Assembly: GCA_951406725.2 (NCBI GenBank)
Contig: OX597814.1
Span: 2,108,001 to 2,172,000, forward strand
Direction of reading: 5' to 3'
DNA: 64,000 bases
From: Octopus vulgaris
Lineage: Eukaryota
The notes below the pieces were generated by a model. That model worked only from the letters and a program-made list of their open reading frames with translations, was not told the origin of the DNA and ran no database searches. Position numbers and translations under genes: made by a program. This document shows, piece after piece, positions 42,690-57,012 of the stretch; within the stretch, counting starts at the first letter, position 1, and every line of letters begins with the position of its first letter.

Positions 42690-43942
42690 TGAGAGAGAGG
42701 ATGAGAAAGAGGAAGGGAGAGAGAAAGACAGATAAGAAGAGAAAACTTCGCAATTATGGGGTACGAGAAAAAGATAAAAAAAAAAGAAAAACTAAGACAA
42801 TAGACTCTTAGTAATTGTTTTCGATGTCATAGTGATTTCGTAACCCAACGACTGGAACACTGTCTCCAGTGGTGCTCGTAACTTCCAAATATACTCTTCA
42901 ATGTCAATGTGTGAGTTTTTATTCAGTCGACGAACAGCAGTATTTTCGTGTATTATACATATATATACGTATTTACACTCACGCGCAAGCGCATAAACAC
43001 ACTCACACACAAACACACCCACACCCAGATATATTGAAAGAAAATGGCTATAAAAGACAACGAAAACTCGTAAGGTACGAGGAAACTGATATAAACTTTT
43101 CTTCCGCTGTTACAGCGGAGACTTTGGCGTTGTTGCTACCTTCGACGTACTGCTATCTCTTCGTGTTCTGCTACCTTCACACTGAAAAAATGCTTATACG
43201 TGAAAATAAATGCAACACAAAGATAATATGCATACTCTCATGAGAAATTGCATAAAAAATGATACGGAAAATATAGTCATATACTTTTGATTAAAAATAA
43301 AGTTCCGAGTAGATTGAGCGTAGCGAAAATTGTAACAGAAGAACGAAAATCTATACGAAAAGTGTACGAAGCATAAATATTTTTCTGCTTAACAAGAGTA
43401 ATAGAGAAACAAAAAAGAAAACGGAAGACGATATTGAAGTATTTCTCTTTGAATTTATTTGTTACTCTGAAACCAGTGTTCCCATCCTGATATGATGAAA
43501 CTGCTATTACATCCAGAACAATAGCTGATGAAGAAAGCGTTCACTTTATTTGCAGTTTGTGTTGATCTTATTCTCCGTACCTCATGAACCTTCGTCGACA
43601 TCTTCTCCCTAACTTTCTATTTCTAGACACGTACATTCGTACTTCTCACCTTTTCTCTCTCTCTGTATCTCTTTCAATATATGCCATAACATAATATTGA
43701 AAAAGATTTATTCGAATGACCATTGCACACATGTTCCAATAATGGACTCCCAGCTTGCTGGATTGCGCTAAAATTTGAAACCATTGTCGCTCCGGTACAC
43801 CATACCTGGCTATTTCAAGTCCGTAGTTAACAATTTGATATTCAGTACCTCCCTATATATGTGTGTGTATGTATGTATGTATGTATGTATGTATGTATGT
43901 ATGTATGTATGTATGTATGTATGTATGTATGTATGTATGTAT

Positions 43943-44510
43943 GAAGGCTTCCTTAAGAGATGCTGGCATCTCTCCTGACACATGGGAAGGCATAGCTATT
44001 GATCGTAGCAGGTGGAGAAGGATTGTGCACGAGGGGACAGCTACTTTTGAGAAATCTCGAGGTGCACATGAGAAAGTAAGGAGGGATGTCAGGAAGGGCA
44101 TCGCTGTTACACTTCCAGATGGGAAAGGGCTTCCTATGATGCTGACATGCAGTATCTGTGCAAGACACTGCCTCAATAAAGCTGGATTCAAGAGTCATCT
44201 TCGTAGTCATAAAGCGAGACAGATGAGTGACAACCTGGCCACTGGTAGTGGTGTAACACATCATACTAATCATATCTGTCGGGCATGTGGAAGAGAGTGT
44301 AATTCGGCAGGAGAACTTAAACGACATGCAAAGGTACATGAAGCCCAGTTACAACTACAGCTGGCTATTACCAGTAAAGGTTTTAGTTGCCAATTCTGTA
44401 CAAGACATTGTAGATCTTTAGCTGGGCTAAAACGTCATATTCGATCACAGCACCAGTAACAGTTAAGCTTCGTGCAATGGCCATACTCGATAATGAGGGG
44501 GCAGCCATCA
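43943..44510 (+). mobile_element. RTE/RTEX-like LINE 3' fragment with three C-terminal C2H2 zinc fingers, embedded in (TATG)n
   Basis: KASLRDAGISPDTWEGIAIDRSRWRRIV, then CSIC...HLRSH, CRAC...HAKVH and CQFC...HIRSQH. Stop at 44459 and a short UTR. Confidence 0.8.
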
Positions 44511-45262
44511 TGTATGTATGTATCTCTTTAAACGAGGCTGTTTTTCCAAGATAAATTAATAGTAAGTTTCTAATTTATAGTTCAGTGTCTAGTTGTTACT
44601 TTGAAAACTACATATTTCGAATGGGAATTTGGCAGCGCCACCTCTAGCCGAGCAATTATTCTCTGCTGATGAAGAGAAATAACCCGGAAATTGAGATACA
44701 CGATATTGTTTTGAGCTGAGGGAGGATGCTAGATTCCCTTGTTCGAAAATATAAGGAGACAGATTGTGTCATATAGCCAGCAGGAGACGATTGTCTCCTG
44801 GGGCTAAATTATTGCAACATTTGTCCTAATCCAGGAATGCTGTGCTATGTTGGCAAATATTCTTTACTCCAAAGTACTGTTGCTGAATATCTCTCATTCT
44901 GAGATATAAAAATAGTAATAATTGTGTTTCTTCTTATTGAATTTGGACAACGACTCCGTATAAAATATATATACACCCACAAACATATATACGTAAAAAC
45001 ATAGAGAGAAAAATTACTGCCTCTCACCCTTTCTCTCTCTCTCTGTCCCTCTTTCTCCCCCCCCCACCACATCTACATGTGTTTGTGTGTGTGTGTGTGT
45101 GCATGTGTGTGTGTGTACGTGCGGCGATGTGCAAAATATACGTGCTGCGTTACATCGCTGGGTGGAAGTAGGTTCTTAGATAAAACGAAATTAAGATGGG
45201 ACTTCGAATTCATTTGCTCAGTCGCTGCTGTACTTGGCATTGCCGCTGCTACTGCTGCTGCA

Positions 45263-45333
<71 letters not shown>

Positions 45334-45348
45334 CTGATCTATCTACCT

Positions 45349-45380
<32 letters not shown>

Positions 45381-45461
45381 CTCTGTCTATCTATCTATCG
45401 ATCGATCGATCTATCTATAGTATATGTATGTATGTATATATATATATATATATGTGTGTGA

Positions 45462-45501
<40 letters not shown>

Positions 45502-45796
45502 GTATTTATATATACACACACATATATGATATATATGTAAAACATGTTTATATATGTGTGTGTATGTGTGTTTGTATGTATGTATGTATGTATGTATGTA
45601 TGTATGTATGTATTATGTATGTATGTATTTATGTATGTATGTATGGATGGATGTATATATGTATGTATTATGTATGTATGTATGTATGTATGTATTTATG
45701 TATGTATGTATGGATGGATGTATATACGTATGTGTGTATGTATGTATACGTATGAAGGAACACACTCCTATGCGCCTATATTCCTGTATGTAGGTT

Positions 45797-45842
<46 letters not shown>

Positions 45843-45914
45843 TGCGACAGATACCTTACATTAGCTAACTTTCCTTTGTAAACGGAAATACCTGTTATCA
45901 TTTGATTTGATACT

Positions 45915-46090
45915 GAAAGGAATTGGTGTAGGCCAGAGGGAGGCATTGGTAAAGTTTATTGGTCTAGATCGGGGGGTGGGTGGGTCCCGGGTGTAGAGCG
46001 GAGGGGGTGGGCTACGACGGCGGCGGCGGCGGTGGTGGTGGTGGTGGTGGTGGGGGTATAAATAGGCCTAACAGGGATAAGAGGGAACGT
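45915..46090 (+). promoter_or_regulatory. Candidate Pol II core promoter
   Basis: Three ATTGG (reverse CCAAT) near 45922, 45946 and 45958, GGGGTGGG boxes, then GGGGTATAAATAGG near 46053-46066. No downstream exon recognised. Confidence 0.3.
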
Positions 46091-46186
46091 TAACAAACAT
46101 ATCGCAGATAGGAGAGATATTAAGACCAGATATTGTCAAGAAGACAGCGTAAATAACCGCTAGACAACAGCGACAACAGCATTAAT

Positions 46187-46224
<38 letters not shown>

Positions 46225-46283
46225 GTGTAACACTGTTCCTGTTATTAATATCACCATCATCATCATGATTATTATTATTACTA

Positions 46284-46314
<31 letters not shown>

Positions 46315-46386
46315 TAATATTATTATTATTATTATTACTATTATTATTGTTATTATTACTATTAATATTATTATTATTATTATTAC

Positions 46387-46569
<183 letters not shown>

Positions 46570-48057
46570 TATTACTATTATCATTATTATTATTATTATT
46601 AATAATATCATTATTATTATTTTTATTATTTTTATTATTTTTATTGTTTTTGTTGTTGTTGTTGTTGTTGTTGTAAAATCGTCATAGGTTATATCAGTTT
46701 GTACCATTATTAGTAACAAGAACAACAACAGCAGCAGCAGCATCAACAAGGTGAAGTAGAAAAGGTTTCTTCTGACGGTTACGAATCTGACAACGTTTCT
46801 TGTCCTCAACCACTTTTAACCTGCTTACAAAATAACTGTAAACATTCATATGCTCTCTTTCTTTCTTTCATTCGTTCTTTCTTTCATTCGTTCTTTCTTT
46901 CATTCGTTCTTTCTTTCGTTCTTTCATTCGTTCTTTCTTTCTTTCTTTCATTCTTTCTTTCCTTCTTTCTTTCTTTCTTTCTTTCTTTCGTTCATTCTTT
47001 CATTTTTTCTTTCGTTCTTTCTTTCTTTCATTCTTTCTTTCGTTCTTTCTTTCGTTCGTTCTTTCTTTCGTTCGTTCTTTCTTTCTTTCATTCGTTTTTT
47101 CTTTCTTTCATTCGTTCTTTCTTTCTTTCATTCTTTCTTTCTTTCTTTCATTCTTTCCATCTTTGGTCCTTTCTTTCTTTCGTTCATTCTTTCATTTTTT
47201 CTTCCGTTCTCTATTGAACTCTGCTTTCGTTCATTTTTCTTATTCACTCGTCTATACCACAGCGGTTTGCACGTTGCTGACACCGCCATATTGCATAATA
47301 TCACATCAAAGTGTCGAAATTGTAATGACATTTGGCCGAAAATATGTGTGCGTTGTGTGTGCGTGAAACGTCCACACAAAACTAGACACGTTTTTTTTGT
47401 TTTACAGTTGCACATAGAGCGCATATTTAACCTCATATAAATTAATAAAGTTATTTGAGTAAAAACTTCAGCATTGGAAATTGTCACTTCAGTATTTCTT
47501 AAGATAACCAAATGTGCCAATGACTAGCGATATAAATGCGAACACATATTACAGTTTGAGAAACCGTAGATTTCATAGGTGCTTCTCTTTCTCACTAATT
47601 TTGAAAAAAAAAATGTTTGTATACGCAGAGAAGTCGACCTCTGTGACTTGCATACGGGTTTTCCTTTTTTTTTCTTTTTCTGTCTGAAACCACCGCATCA
47701 GGTCAGTTTTGCTTGCACTGGCAACACTGATCTTAATCCTCTCCATGTCTCTCAATGTCATTCTTCCTGTGGAATCTTCCAGTTAATGTTACAAACTTGC
47801 GAGCTTCATTGATATTAAATACCAATGAAGCTTTCATAGCAAAGAATCCGATTTCTTCAACAGATTTCTTCAAGAACTACAAATGTTGGCATCGGTACTC
47901 ACCCATCAAATGCATTCTTTTATTTTCTGCTCGCTTCAGTTATTTGACAGCGGCTACGCTAGGACTCCGTCTCGAAGAGGTTTTAGACGAACGAATCCAC
48001 CACAGTTCTTCTTTGTATCAAACCAGGAAACGACCCACATATATACCTCTACCATTA

Positions 48058-48122
<65 letters not shown>

Positions 48123-48124
<2 letters not shown>

Positions 48125-48750
48125 TCATATTATCTCTAGCTGCCCAGTCCTGGCTAAGAAGGAATATATTCACAGATACGACAGAGTTGGGACCTACATA
48201 CACTGGAAGCTATGCCAACATTATGGAATAACAACAGAAAAAAGATGGTATAGGCACACACCAGAAAAGGTTACAGAAAACGAGAAAGCAACCATACTCT
48301 GGGATATGCCGATACACACAGATAGAGAAATTAAGGCCAACAGACCAGATATAGTTGTCAGAGATCATGAAGAAAAAAAATGCTTTCTAATTGATGTATT
48401 AATACCGGCAGATGACAACGTGTCTCTAAAAGAAATGGAGAAACTCTCAAAATACAAAGACCTGGAAATAGAGGTAACTAGAATGTGGAATCTGAAAACA
48501 GAAACAATTCCTATCATAGTAGGTGCATTAGGCATGATAAAAAAATATTCAGACAAATACATAACAAAAAAACCAGGACTTACAAACACATATATCATAC
48601 AGAAAATTGCACTACTAGGCACTGCACACATCCTACGCAGAGCACTTTCCATACAATAACCATCAGAGCATCACAACAAATCACAGCACATACCCAAGGC
48701 ACACAGAGCTGCGATCGGTAGTGAAGTGAAAGCACGCTATAAAAATAAAA
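48123..48750 (+). mobile_element. 5'-truncated R4/Dong-type retrotransposon inserted in (AAT)n
   Basis: Open frame HIISSCPVLAKKEYIHRYDRVG...NRPDIVVRDHEEKKCFLIDV...KLSKYKDL...IVGALG (PD-(D/E)xK RLE). (AAT)n at both 48058-48120 and 48750-48772. Confidence 0.92.
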
Positions 48751-49329
48751 ATAATAATAATAATAATAATATAGGTATGTGAGAGATGTTTTTTCGGCCC
48801 GCTCGCTCGTATGATGTTAAATCTGTTCTTTTCTGTGTAAATGTTTTTGGTGGTCCAAACGAGGGTTTTAACTCTCATCTCTAGCAGGTAGATACTTTAA
48901 TGTGTCCCTGTGGTTAATATAATTTTAACTCTGTAGCTATATAATGCTTATTTTGGACTGCAACCACCTATATTAATATTGTTATTAAAACCTATTTTTA
49001 TTGACTTCGATAATAATAACAATATTAATATCTATATGAATATTCGCTTCTGAATATTTCTACTCCTGATTAGTATTTTTCACACTGAGGCTGTCTACAT
49101 ATTTGCGCTAAACAATTAAGGGCGCCAGCAGATTTCAACGTGGTGGATTGAGGAGATGTTTTAAAGGTTAAGACGTGCTGAAGACGGTAAGATTTTTGTA
49201 TCAAACTAGTAACCGGTCCACATATATACCTGTACCATTAAATATATAGCTTTTCGACTAAAGGAACTTTCAAGGCGGTGCTCCAGCATGGCCGCAGTCA
49301 AATGACTGAAACAAGTAAAAAAATAGAAA

Positions 49330-49675
49330 CACCGTTTCTTGCGACAACAAGGGTTCCAGCAGGTACGATCAACGGAACAGCCTGCTCATAAAATTAACGT
49401 GCAAGTGGCTGAGCACTCCCCAGACACGTGTACCCTTAACGTAGTTCTCGGGGAGATTCAGAGTGTGACAAGGCTGCCGTTTGAAATACAGGTAAGAGTA
49501 AGAGAAAGTTGTGGCGAAGGAGTACAGCAGGGCTCGCCATCACCCCTACCGGAGCTTCGTGGAGCTTAAGGTGTTTTTACTCAATAAACACTCACAACGC
49601 CCGATCTGAGAATCGAAACCGCGATCCTATGACCGTGAGTCCGCTGCTCTAACCACTGGGCCATTGCGCCCTCAC
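49330..49675 (-). mobile_element. SINE family C
   Basis: Head homologous to 11085-11166. Body homologous to the reverse complement of 53585-53765. Confidence 0.7.
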
Positions 49676-51675
49676 TATATAAACATATTTATATAGATAA
49701 TATATGTGTGTGTGTATGTCAAAGTGTGTGTGCGTGTGTGTGTATGTGTGTAAAGTTGCTCAATATACTGAGAAAGTGCCGTCGATTTATATGAAGTGTG
49801 TGTCGTTCATAACGTACGGACTTCCTCAAGTGTTGGTCCTTCGTCCCCTTCATCGCCTTCTTATCTCCCCATCCTGATTCATTTCACACAGACACACATA
49901 TATAACCCTGACTTTGTTATTTGTAAGTTATATCCTGAAGATTGTTCAAAGATTTCTTCGCAATTCTTCTTGCCTTTGACACTTTAGGGAATCAACATAT
50001 ATATACATTTTTTTTGCTATTATTATTCTAAGCTTGTTTCCACTCGAAAAAACTTTAACTTAGATACAAAAAAATGTAAAAAAATTAACACGGAAATAAA
50101 AATTTGAAAATAAAATAAAATGAAATGAAATTTTTTTAAAAATACAATAAAATATGAATTTTCAAGATTTTCATCGTTTCCATCAGGTTTTTCCATCCCC
50201 TAAGGGCTGCCTTCCTACATAACAAGTTTCCTGTCCAATAAAATTAAAAATGTGTCATCGGAAATTCCTTAATAGTTTTTATAATTTTTTTTTTCATCTT
50301 TCATCTTTGAGTTTCTTTTGTTTTATTACCATTCTTTGATAATCTCAGAGAGAAAAATAAATCTCACCGTTTGCTGATGAGGTGTTCATCATTTTCGATA
50401 CAAAATATAATAAAAAATAAAAACTAAACACACTAAAAAAAACCTACGGGCGCCTGACGTTATGCAAATTAGATACTGAGAGCAACCGATGGGAAAATTA
50501 TTTTGCTGGGGGCCATTAGCTATATGAAGTTAATATCCCTGCAACCAAACTATGAAAGCATGCAAGACGCATTGTTTACAGGTAATAAGAATATTGTAGC
50601 AGTTTAACTACATCCAATCACCTCTACCTCTCTCACGTGTGTGTGTGTGTGTGTGTGGAGTGTGTTTGATGAAGGAAGAGGTGAAATAACAAACATTAAG
50701 TAAATAAACACACAAAATAAATAAATATGTAAATATGTAAATACAAAATCATTAATCAATACAGTTATGAATTTTGTGTTTTGTGTAGGTGGATGATGTT
50801 TTAATAACAAGATCGATGATAAGAAAAAAAGTACACACACCTTCAACACACGTCACACACACACGCACACACACACACACACACATGCACACACACACAC
50901 ACATACACACACACAGGGATGTTGTTTTCATAATAACACAAACGATAAGGCCAATCATATTTCTGTGTTGATATCCTGTATTTGCATTTTTGTAGGTTTA
51001 AGTCGCAGGCTTGGCTATGTGGTTACAGGACTTGTTGTCAAACCACGTGGTTTCGGGTTCACTCCCATTCCACGGCACCTTGGCCGAGTGCCTTCTACTA
51101 GAGTTCCGGGACGACCAATAATTTGTCAGAAAATTTGGTAGACGGAAACTGTATGGTATCCTGTCACATATGTATATGAATATATATCGTTGCTATTATG
51201 TTAAACTGTCGTATGTCCAAATTTGGCCAAATGCGTTCTTTTCAATATTTATTTTTGCTTGCAGTAGCCAGTTCTTCTGGTCAAACTATCGTATCTCCAT
51301 CTGCCCCAGATGCCATGACGTCAAAAATTGTCAAAGTGTAGTACAGCGGTTTCGCTATGGAATGATGAAACTATTTTTCCGTTTTCTGAAAAAAAAAATG
51401 CAACCTTTGGACTTACGACACTTTTGCATTATAGCTACGATATATATGATATATATCTATGTGTGTATGTGTGTGTGTGTGTGTGTGTGTATGTGTGTGT
51501 GTGTGTGTGTGTGCATAAGTGTTATGTCTCTGTGTTTGTGTGTTCCCCCACACCACTACATGGTCTGTTTCCGTACGCGTGAATTAGCGGTTCGGCAAAA
51601 GAGACCGATAGAGTAAGTACCTGACATTGAAAAAAAAACACACACTGGTGTCGATTTGTTGGACTAAACCCTTCA

Positions 51676-52183
51676 TGGGCATATGGCGTAGTGGTTAAGT
51701 GCGCGGTCTATTAAGCGCAAGATTCCGAGTTCGATTCCAGGTAGTGACCTAAATAATAATAATAATGATCATAATAAAAAAAAAAAAATAATAACAACAA
51801 CAACAATAACAACATTGAAAAATACCTTAAGAATGAGAACCCAGGTTCAAAATTTCCCCAAGACACCTGATGAAGGCTGGAGGGTATATCAGCCGAAATG
51901 TTGTGCTAACAACAAACAAGATGAGGACAAATATCCATCAACTGTAAATAACCTTTTCTACACTAGGTACAACGCCCGAAATTTTGGGGGCGGAGGCCAT
52001 TCGATAAGATCGACCAGGTACTTAGTTTATCGACTCCGAAAAGATAAAAGGCAAAGTCGACCCCGGCGGAATTTGAACTCAGAACGTAAAGACAGAAGAA
52101 GCACCGCTAAGCATTTCGCCAGGCATGCTAACGTTTCTGCCAGCTCGCCGCCTTCTGTGAAATATAAATAATGTAAATAATGT
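51676..52183 (+). mobile_element. tRNA-headed SINE with internal (AAT/AAC)n, a minimal HHR and an (AATGTAAAT)n tail; nested SINE B at 51951-52153
   Basis: A box tggcgtagtggtt and B box gagttcgattcc. Near-TSD aaacccttca (51666-51675) and aaaaccttca (52184-52193), inside a family A SINE. Confidence 0.75.
51862..51907 (+). ncRNA. Minimal type I hammerhead ribozyme
   Basis: gacac CTGATGA a ggctg-gagggtatat-cagcc GAAA TG TT gtgct. Confidence 0.68.
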
Positions 52184-52302
52184 AAAACCTTCAAGACAGT
52201 GCACCAGCATGGCCGCAGTCCTATAATCGACGCAAGTAAAACGAGAAAGATAAAATATCACTTTTTCTGTGGCGATGATGCTCAAAATAGAGGAATTACA
52301 TG

Positions 52303-52481
52303 TAGGAGTGGCTGTGTGGTAAGTAGCTTGCTTACCAACCACACGGTTCCAGGTTCAGTTCCACTGCGCGGCACCTTGGGCAAGTCTCTTCTACTATAGC
52401 CTCGGGCCGACCAAAGCCTTGTGAGTGGATTTGGTAGACGAAAACTGAAAGAAGCCCGTCGTATATATGTATGTATGTATG

Positions 52482-52531
<50 letters not shown>

Positions 52532-52760
52532 TACGTGTGTCTATATGTTTGTGTCTGTGTTTGTGCCCCCAACATCGCTTGACAACCGATGCTGGTGTGT
52601 TTACGTCCCCGTAACTTAGGAGTTCGGTAAAAGAGACCGATAGAATAAGTACTAAGCTTACAAAGAATAAGTCTTGCGGTCTATTTGCTCGACTAAAGGC
52701 GGTGCTCCAGCATGGCCGCAGTCAAATGACTCAAACAATTATATGAGTAAAAGAGTAATA
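52303..52760 (+). mobile_element. Full-length SINE family A
   Basis: Colinear with 22701-23165. Confidence 0.85.
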
Positions 52761-52999
52761 AACAGTTTCATTCATACTTTCAACAAATACAAATATTTAT
52801 CTAACCATATTTAATCCTACATTAGAAATAATATTCTAAATAGTCTATGATTTTATTATCGGTTTCATCCAGAGACTGTAGCTATGCAGGAGATTGCCAT
52901 TAATACTAATGCTTACTTATTTTAGACTCATTTCCCGGTCCTGTCTGCGGAATCGGTCCTAGTGAAGTGCTGAGCGGGCCAGAACTACCCTTCTTTACA

Positions 53000-54275
53000 T
53001 TTCTTTCCGTGATGTAGCTTCATTTGGTATATCAGATGAAAATGTGTATTATTTTTGGGGGGAACCATATCCACATCTACACAGGATGCATCCTACAGAA
53101 AAAAGGGACCGGGCGACTGAGAACATTTGTGGAAGACGTCGAGCAAACACGAGCAGCATTTCATCGAGGTCAGGCAGCATTTCATTCGGCCTCCAAGTAG
53201 ACCTAAGTTTACCACGGTAAACAGTTCACCGAGTTTCGCACAAGAACTTGAGGCTTTCTGCTTATAAAGCGTAACATTTGCAAACGCTTCAGTCAGATGA
53301 CATAGTCCAAAGGAAACAATTTGCAGTGGTCAGGTTGGTTCGATCACATGGCGATGAAGGCTGTTTTCGAAAGATTCGTTTCAGTGATGAAGTAGCGTTT
53401 TATGTATCAGGAATCACAAATAAGCACAACACTAAGAGCTGTTGTTCAGAAAACACACGAAACAAAGAAAACTGGAGAGAAACAGCCCAAAAGTCAATGT
53501 TGGGTGCGACCTCATGTTTGATCAAGTGATTGGCCCATTTAAGAAACGATTACTGAGTCCACTCAGCTGGCAAAAATGAGTTGTACCTGTATTTCAAAGG
53601 ACCGGTCATGTCACTCTCTGTGTCACGCTGAATCTCCCTGAGAACTACATTAGGGGTACGCGTGTCTGTGGATTGCTCAGTCACTTGTACGTTCATGTCA
53701 TGAGCAGGCTGTTCCGTTGATCGTATCAGTTGGGACCCTCGTCGTCGTAACCGACGGAGTGCTCCTACTTCCAACACTTTCCTGGATCTTGTACAAGAAT
53801 TTCTTGCGCCACAGTTCTACCACTTGCAACCAGCAATTATTTTCCTACCAAATGGTGCGCCGCTCCATTGGGGGTGGAATGTTCGAGGGTTCATGAATGA
53901 ATCTTTCACAAACCGATGAATTGGAAACCTTCCCTGGTCACCTCAATCACTCGATAATAATCCTTCTAGACTTCTTTTTGTCGGTTACATTAAAGACAAA
54001 ATCGATCGAACAAAAGTTCAAAGCCTCCGCCATCTCAAGGAAAAGTTTTCCAAACCATATACAACGTTGAAGAGGGGCTGTTCCAACGTACAGGGCCAGA
54101 AATCGAGCATCATCTAGAAGTGTTGTGTACAACCAATTCGGCCCACGGGGAACGGTTCTGATGTTTCTAATAAAACTTTATTTCTTTGCGTGTTTTCCAA
54201 TAAAATCTGCTGAAATATTCTGTCTTCGTCTTTTCCAATTTCTTGAAATTGTAAAGGTAAGTTATGGACACACTG
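53000..54275 (+). mobile_element. Decayed Tc1/mariner-superfamily transposon (rosa/DD41D-like) interrupted by a SINE piece at about 53545-53770
   Basis: IRFSDEVAFYVSGITNKHN, SPKVNV...VIGPF, IIFLPNGAPLHW and PWSPQSLD...GYIKDK. Confidence 0.7.
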
Positions 54276-54285
54276 CATATATCTA

Positions 54286-54421
<136 letters not shown>

Positions 54422-55000
54422 TAGATATAGATATAGATATATATATACATACATATATATTTACAAATATCTGGTCGGCTTCTCCGACATAGCCTCTTTG
54501 TTTTTCCTTCTAATTTTCTTTTCGTAATACCTTTTATTTCATTTACGGAGATGTACTCGCATAGCAAGTAATTTGATCTGAGATCGTGTGCTGAAACGAA
54601 AACAATTGCAGCGTGTTTAAGCTGAAATAAGTGAAATAATAAAAGAATAAAAAGAATACACACACACATACACACGCATTTCCCTAAAACTTATTCAGCG
54701 TCTACTCAGGAGTACATTATTTTACTTATTTCAGCTGAAACGAAAACAATTGCTTTTATTTCATGTCTTCCTTTAATTTTTTTCACTAAGGAGAATGGTA
54801 ATACATAAATATTTTAATTATTATTATGATAATTGCTGTTTTCTCTTACATGTTTGTTTTGCCATTTGAAACGGTCGTAAGTGGAAATTAAATTCTAATT
54901 TGAACTTTTAACATCTTCTCTTCTCCATTTTTCTAATTGTTTGTAGTGGTTTTTTATAAGATTTTATCTTAGACATGACGACAACAAACTTTTTACTATA

Positions 55001-55032
<32 letters not shown>

Positions 55033-55080
55033 TGTGTTTATGCATGTATGTATTTATGTAAACATCTCTCTCTCTATATA

Positions 55081-55156
<76 letters not shown>

Positions 55157-55614
55157 CATATGTGTGTGTGTGTGTGTGTATGCGTATGTGTGTGCGAGTG
55201 TGCACATTGCTTTATACATAAACATTACGTAGCAGGTTATTAGAACTCAATATTCTTATAATGTACCAATTGGTGACAACAACTCTTTTCTCATTTCAAG
55301 AATCTTGCGATTCTTACACAGTACAAGATTACAATTTTCTGAAGGGCCACCCTGACAATATCTACTACCCACCTTTTTCATCGACCACAACTGCTTAACC
55401 TCCCAAGCTATATATCTATATTACTATTATTATTATTATTATTGTTATTATTATTATTATTATTACTTTTATTTTTTTTTCTTCTTTCAAATTTGCTTCC
55501 ATTTCTTGCCGAGTGTCTTCCCGACTCCTAGGGCAAAGAAACTCATAGTATTCATTGGTAGGCCATTAAACCAAACTCAGTAGTTCGTTCATTTTTTTAA
55601 ATTATTTTTATTAC

Positions 55615-55671
<57 letters not shown>

Positions 55672-55799
55672 CATTATTATCATTATTATTGTTGTTGTTG
55701 TTATTATTATTATTATTATTATAATTATTATTATTATTATTGTTGTTGTTATTATTATTATTATTATTATCATTATTATTATTATTATAATTGTTGTTG

Positions 55800-55840
<41 letters not shown>

Positions 55841-55929
55841 GTTGTTATTATTATTATTATTATTGTTATTATTATTATCATTATTATTATTATTATTATT
55901 GTTGTTGTTATTATTATTGTTATTATCAT

Positions 55930-56077
55930 TGCCTTTGCATAGTTTCTATCGCTGGAGATGTACTACAATGTCAGCTGTTCACTACCAGTGAACTAAGGTA
56001 ACACCTCATATTTTTCGAGCACCTTCCGGAGTATCCGAGCGGTTCCAAGCAGTGCTGTTTTCTGCGAGTGCTTCACC
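55930..56077 (-). mobile_element. R4/Dong-type 3' end abutting a long (TTA)n array
   Basis: Minus strand HSQKTALLGTARILRKVLE followed by a UTR and (AAT)n. Confidence 0.7.
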
Positions 56078-56694
56078 CGGGGCCCAGTTAGAATTTCCTT
56101 CAGGTCGAGGAGCCTATCCCGCACAAAAGGTCCCTGAGTGAGGTCTGTTTAAGGATGCTGAACGAAATACCAATGTATTATTCAACCCCCCAAAGGATCC
56201 CTCTTAGCACATGGCCATGATGTTACCCGACTACTCTTGCTGGTGATCAGAGGTGCATGCAGCAACTACTAAGGGAGATGCTCAACTGGTTAATCTCAAC
56301 CAACTGACAAGCAACTCGGTGGAATTGAGCAGAATATTTACCGTAGCTCATCTTTTACACCCAGACAAAACGTGTACATGTTAATACTTCCAGTCAGTTA
56401 AGATCAAAAGCAACGAGAGCCAATGTTTGTATTATCATAGCAGAAATTATAGACGTTCAAAATTCACGTTGAATGTATGAATGTAACATGATATTGAAAT
56501 ACGAAATAATGAATGTGGGTTGTTAAAGTATGTAAAGTCTTGGAAGTTGTGAGATTTAATGTGTAATGAAGTGGATTGGATGCCTAGTTATACACTTCCT
56601 TCATGAAAGCTTCTTAGTCGACTGTACTCCTGAGTGGACGCTGAATAAGTTTTAGGGAAATGCGTGTGTATGTGTGTGTGTGTGTGTGTGTGTA

Positions 56695-56956
56695 TTCTTT
56701 TTATTCTTTTATTATTTTACTTATTTCAGTCATTTGACGGCGGCCATATTGGAGCACTGCCTTTAGTCGAACAAATCGAGCCCAGGACTTATTATTTGTA
56801 AGCCTAGTACTTATTCTATCGGTCTCATGTGCCGAACCGCTAATTTACGAGAATGTAAACACACTAACATCGGTTGTCAAGTGATGGTTGGTGGGGAGAC
56901 AAACAGACACACACACACAAATACATACATGCATATATTACACACACACACACACA

Positions 56957-57012
<56 letters not shown>

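Noticed and set aside
43485-43545. CTGATGA motifs near 43525 and 50374
   Set aside because: No correctly placed GAAA, NUH or flanking helices.
43863-44459. C2H2 zinc-finger host gene
   Set aside because: The fingers follow an RTE-type DRSRWR motif, lack TGEKP linkers, and the ORF starts in a microsatellite. It is a LINE C-terminus.
47573-47940. Possible exon or decayed RTE fragment on the minus strand
   Set aside because: Stops in all frames and no diagnostic motif.
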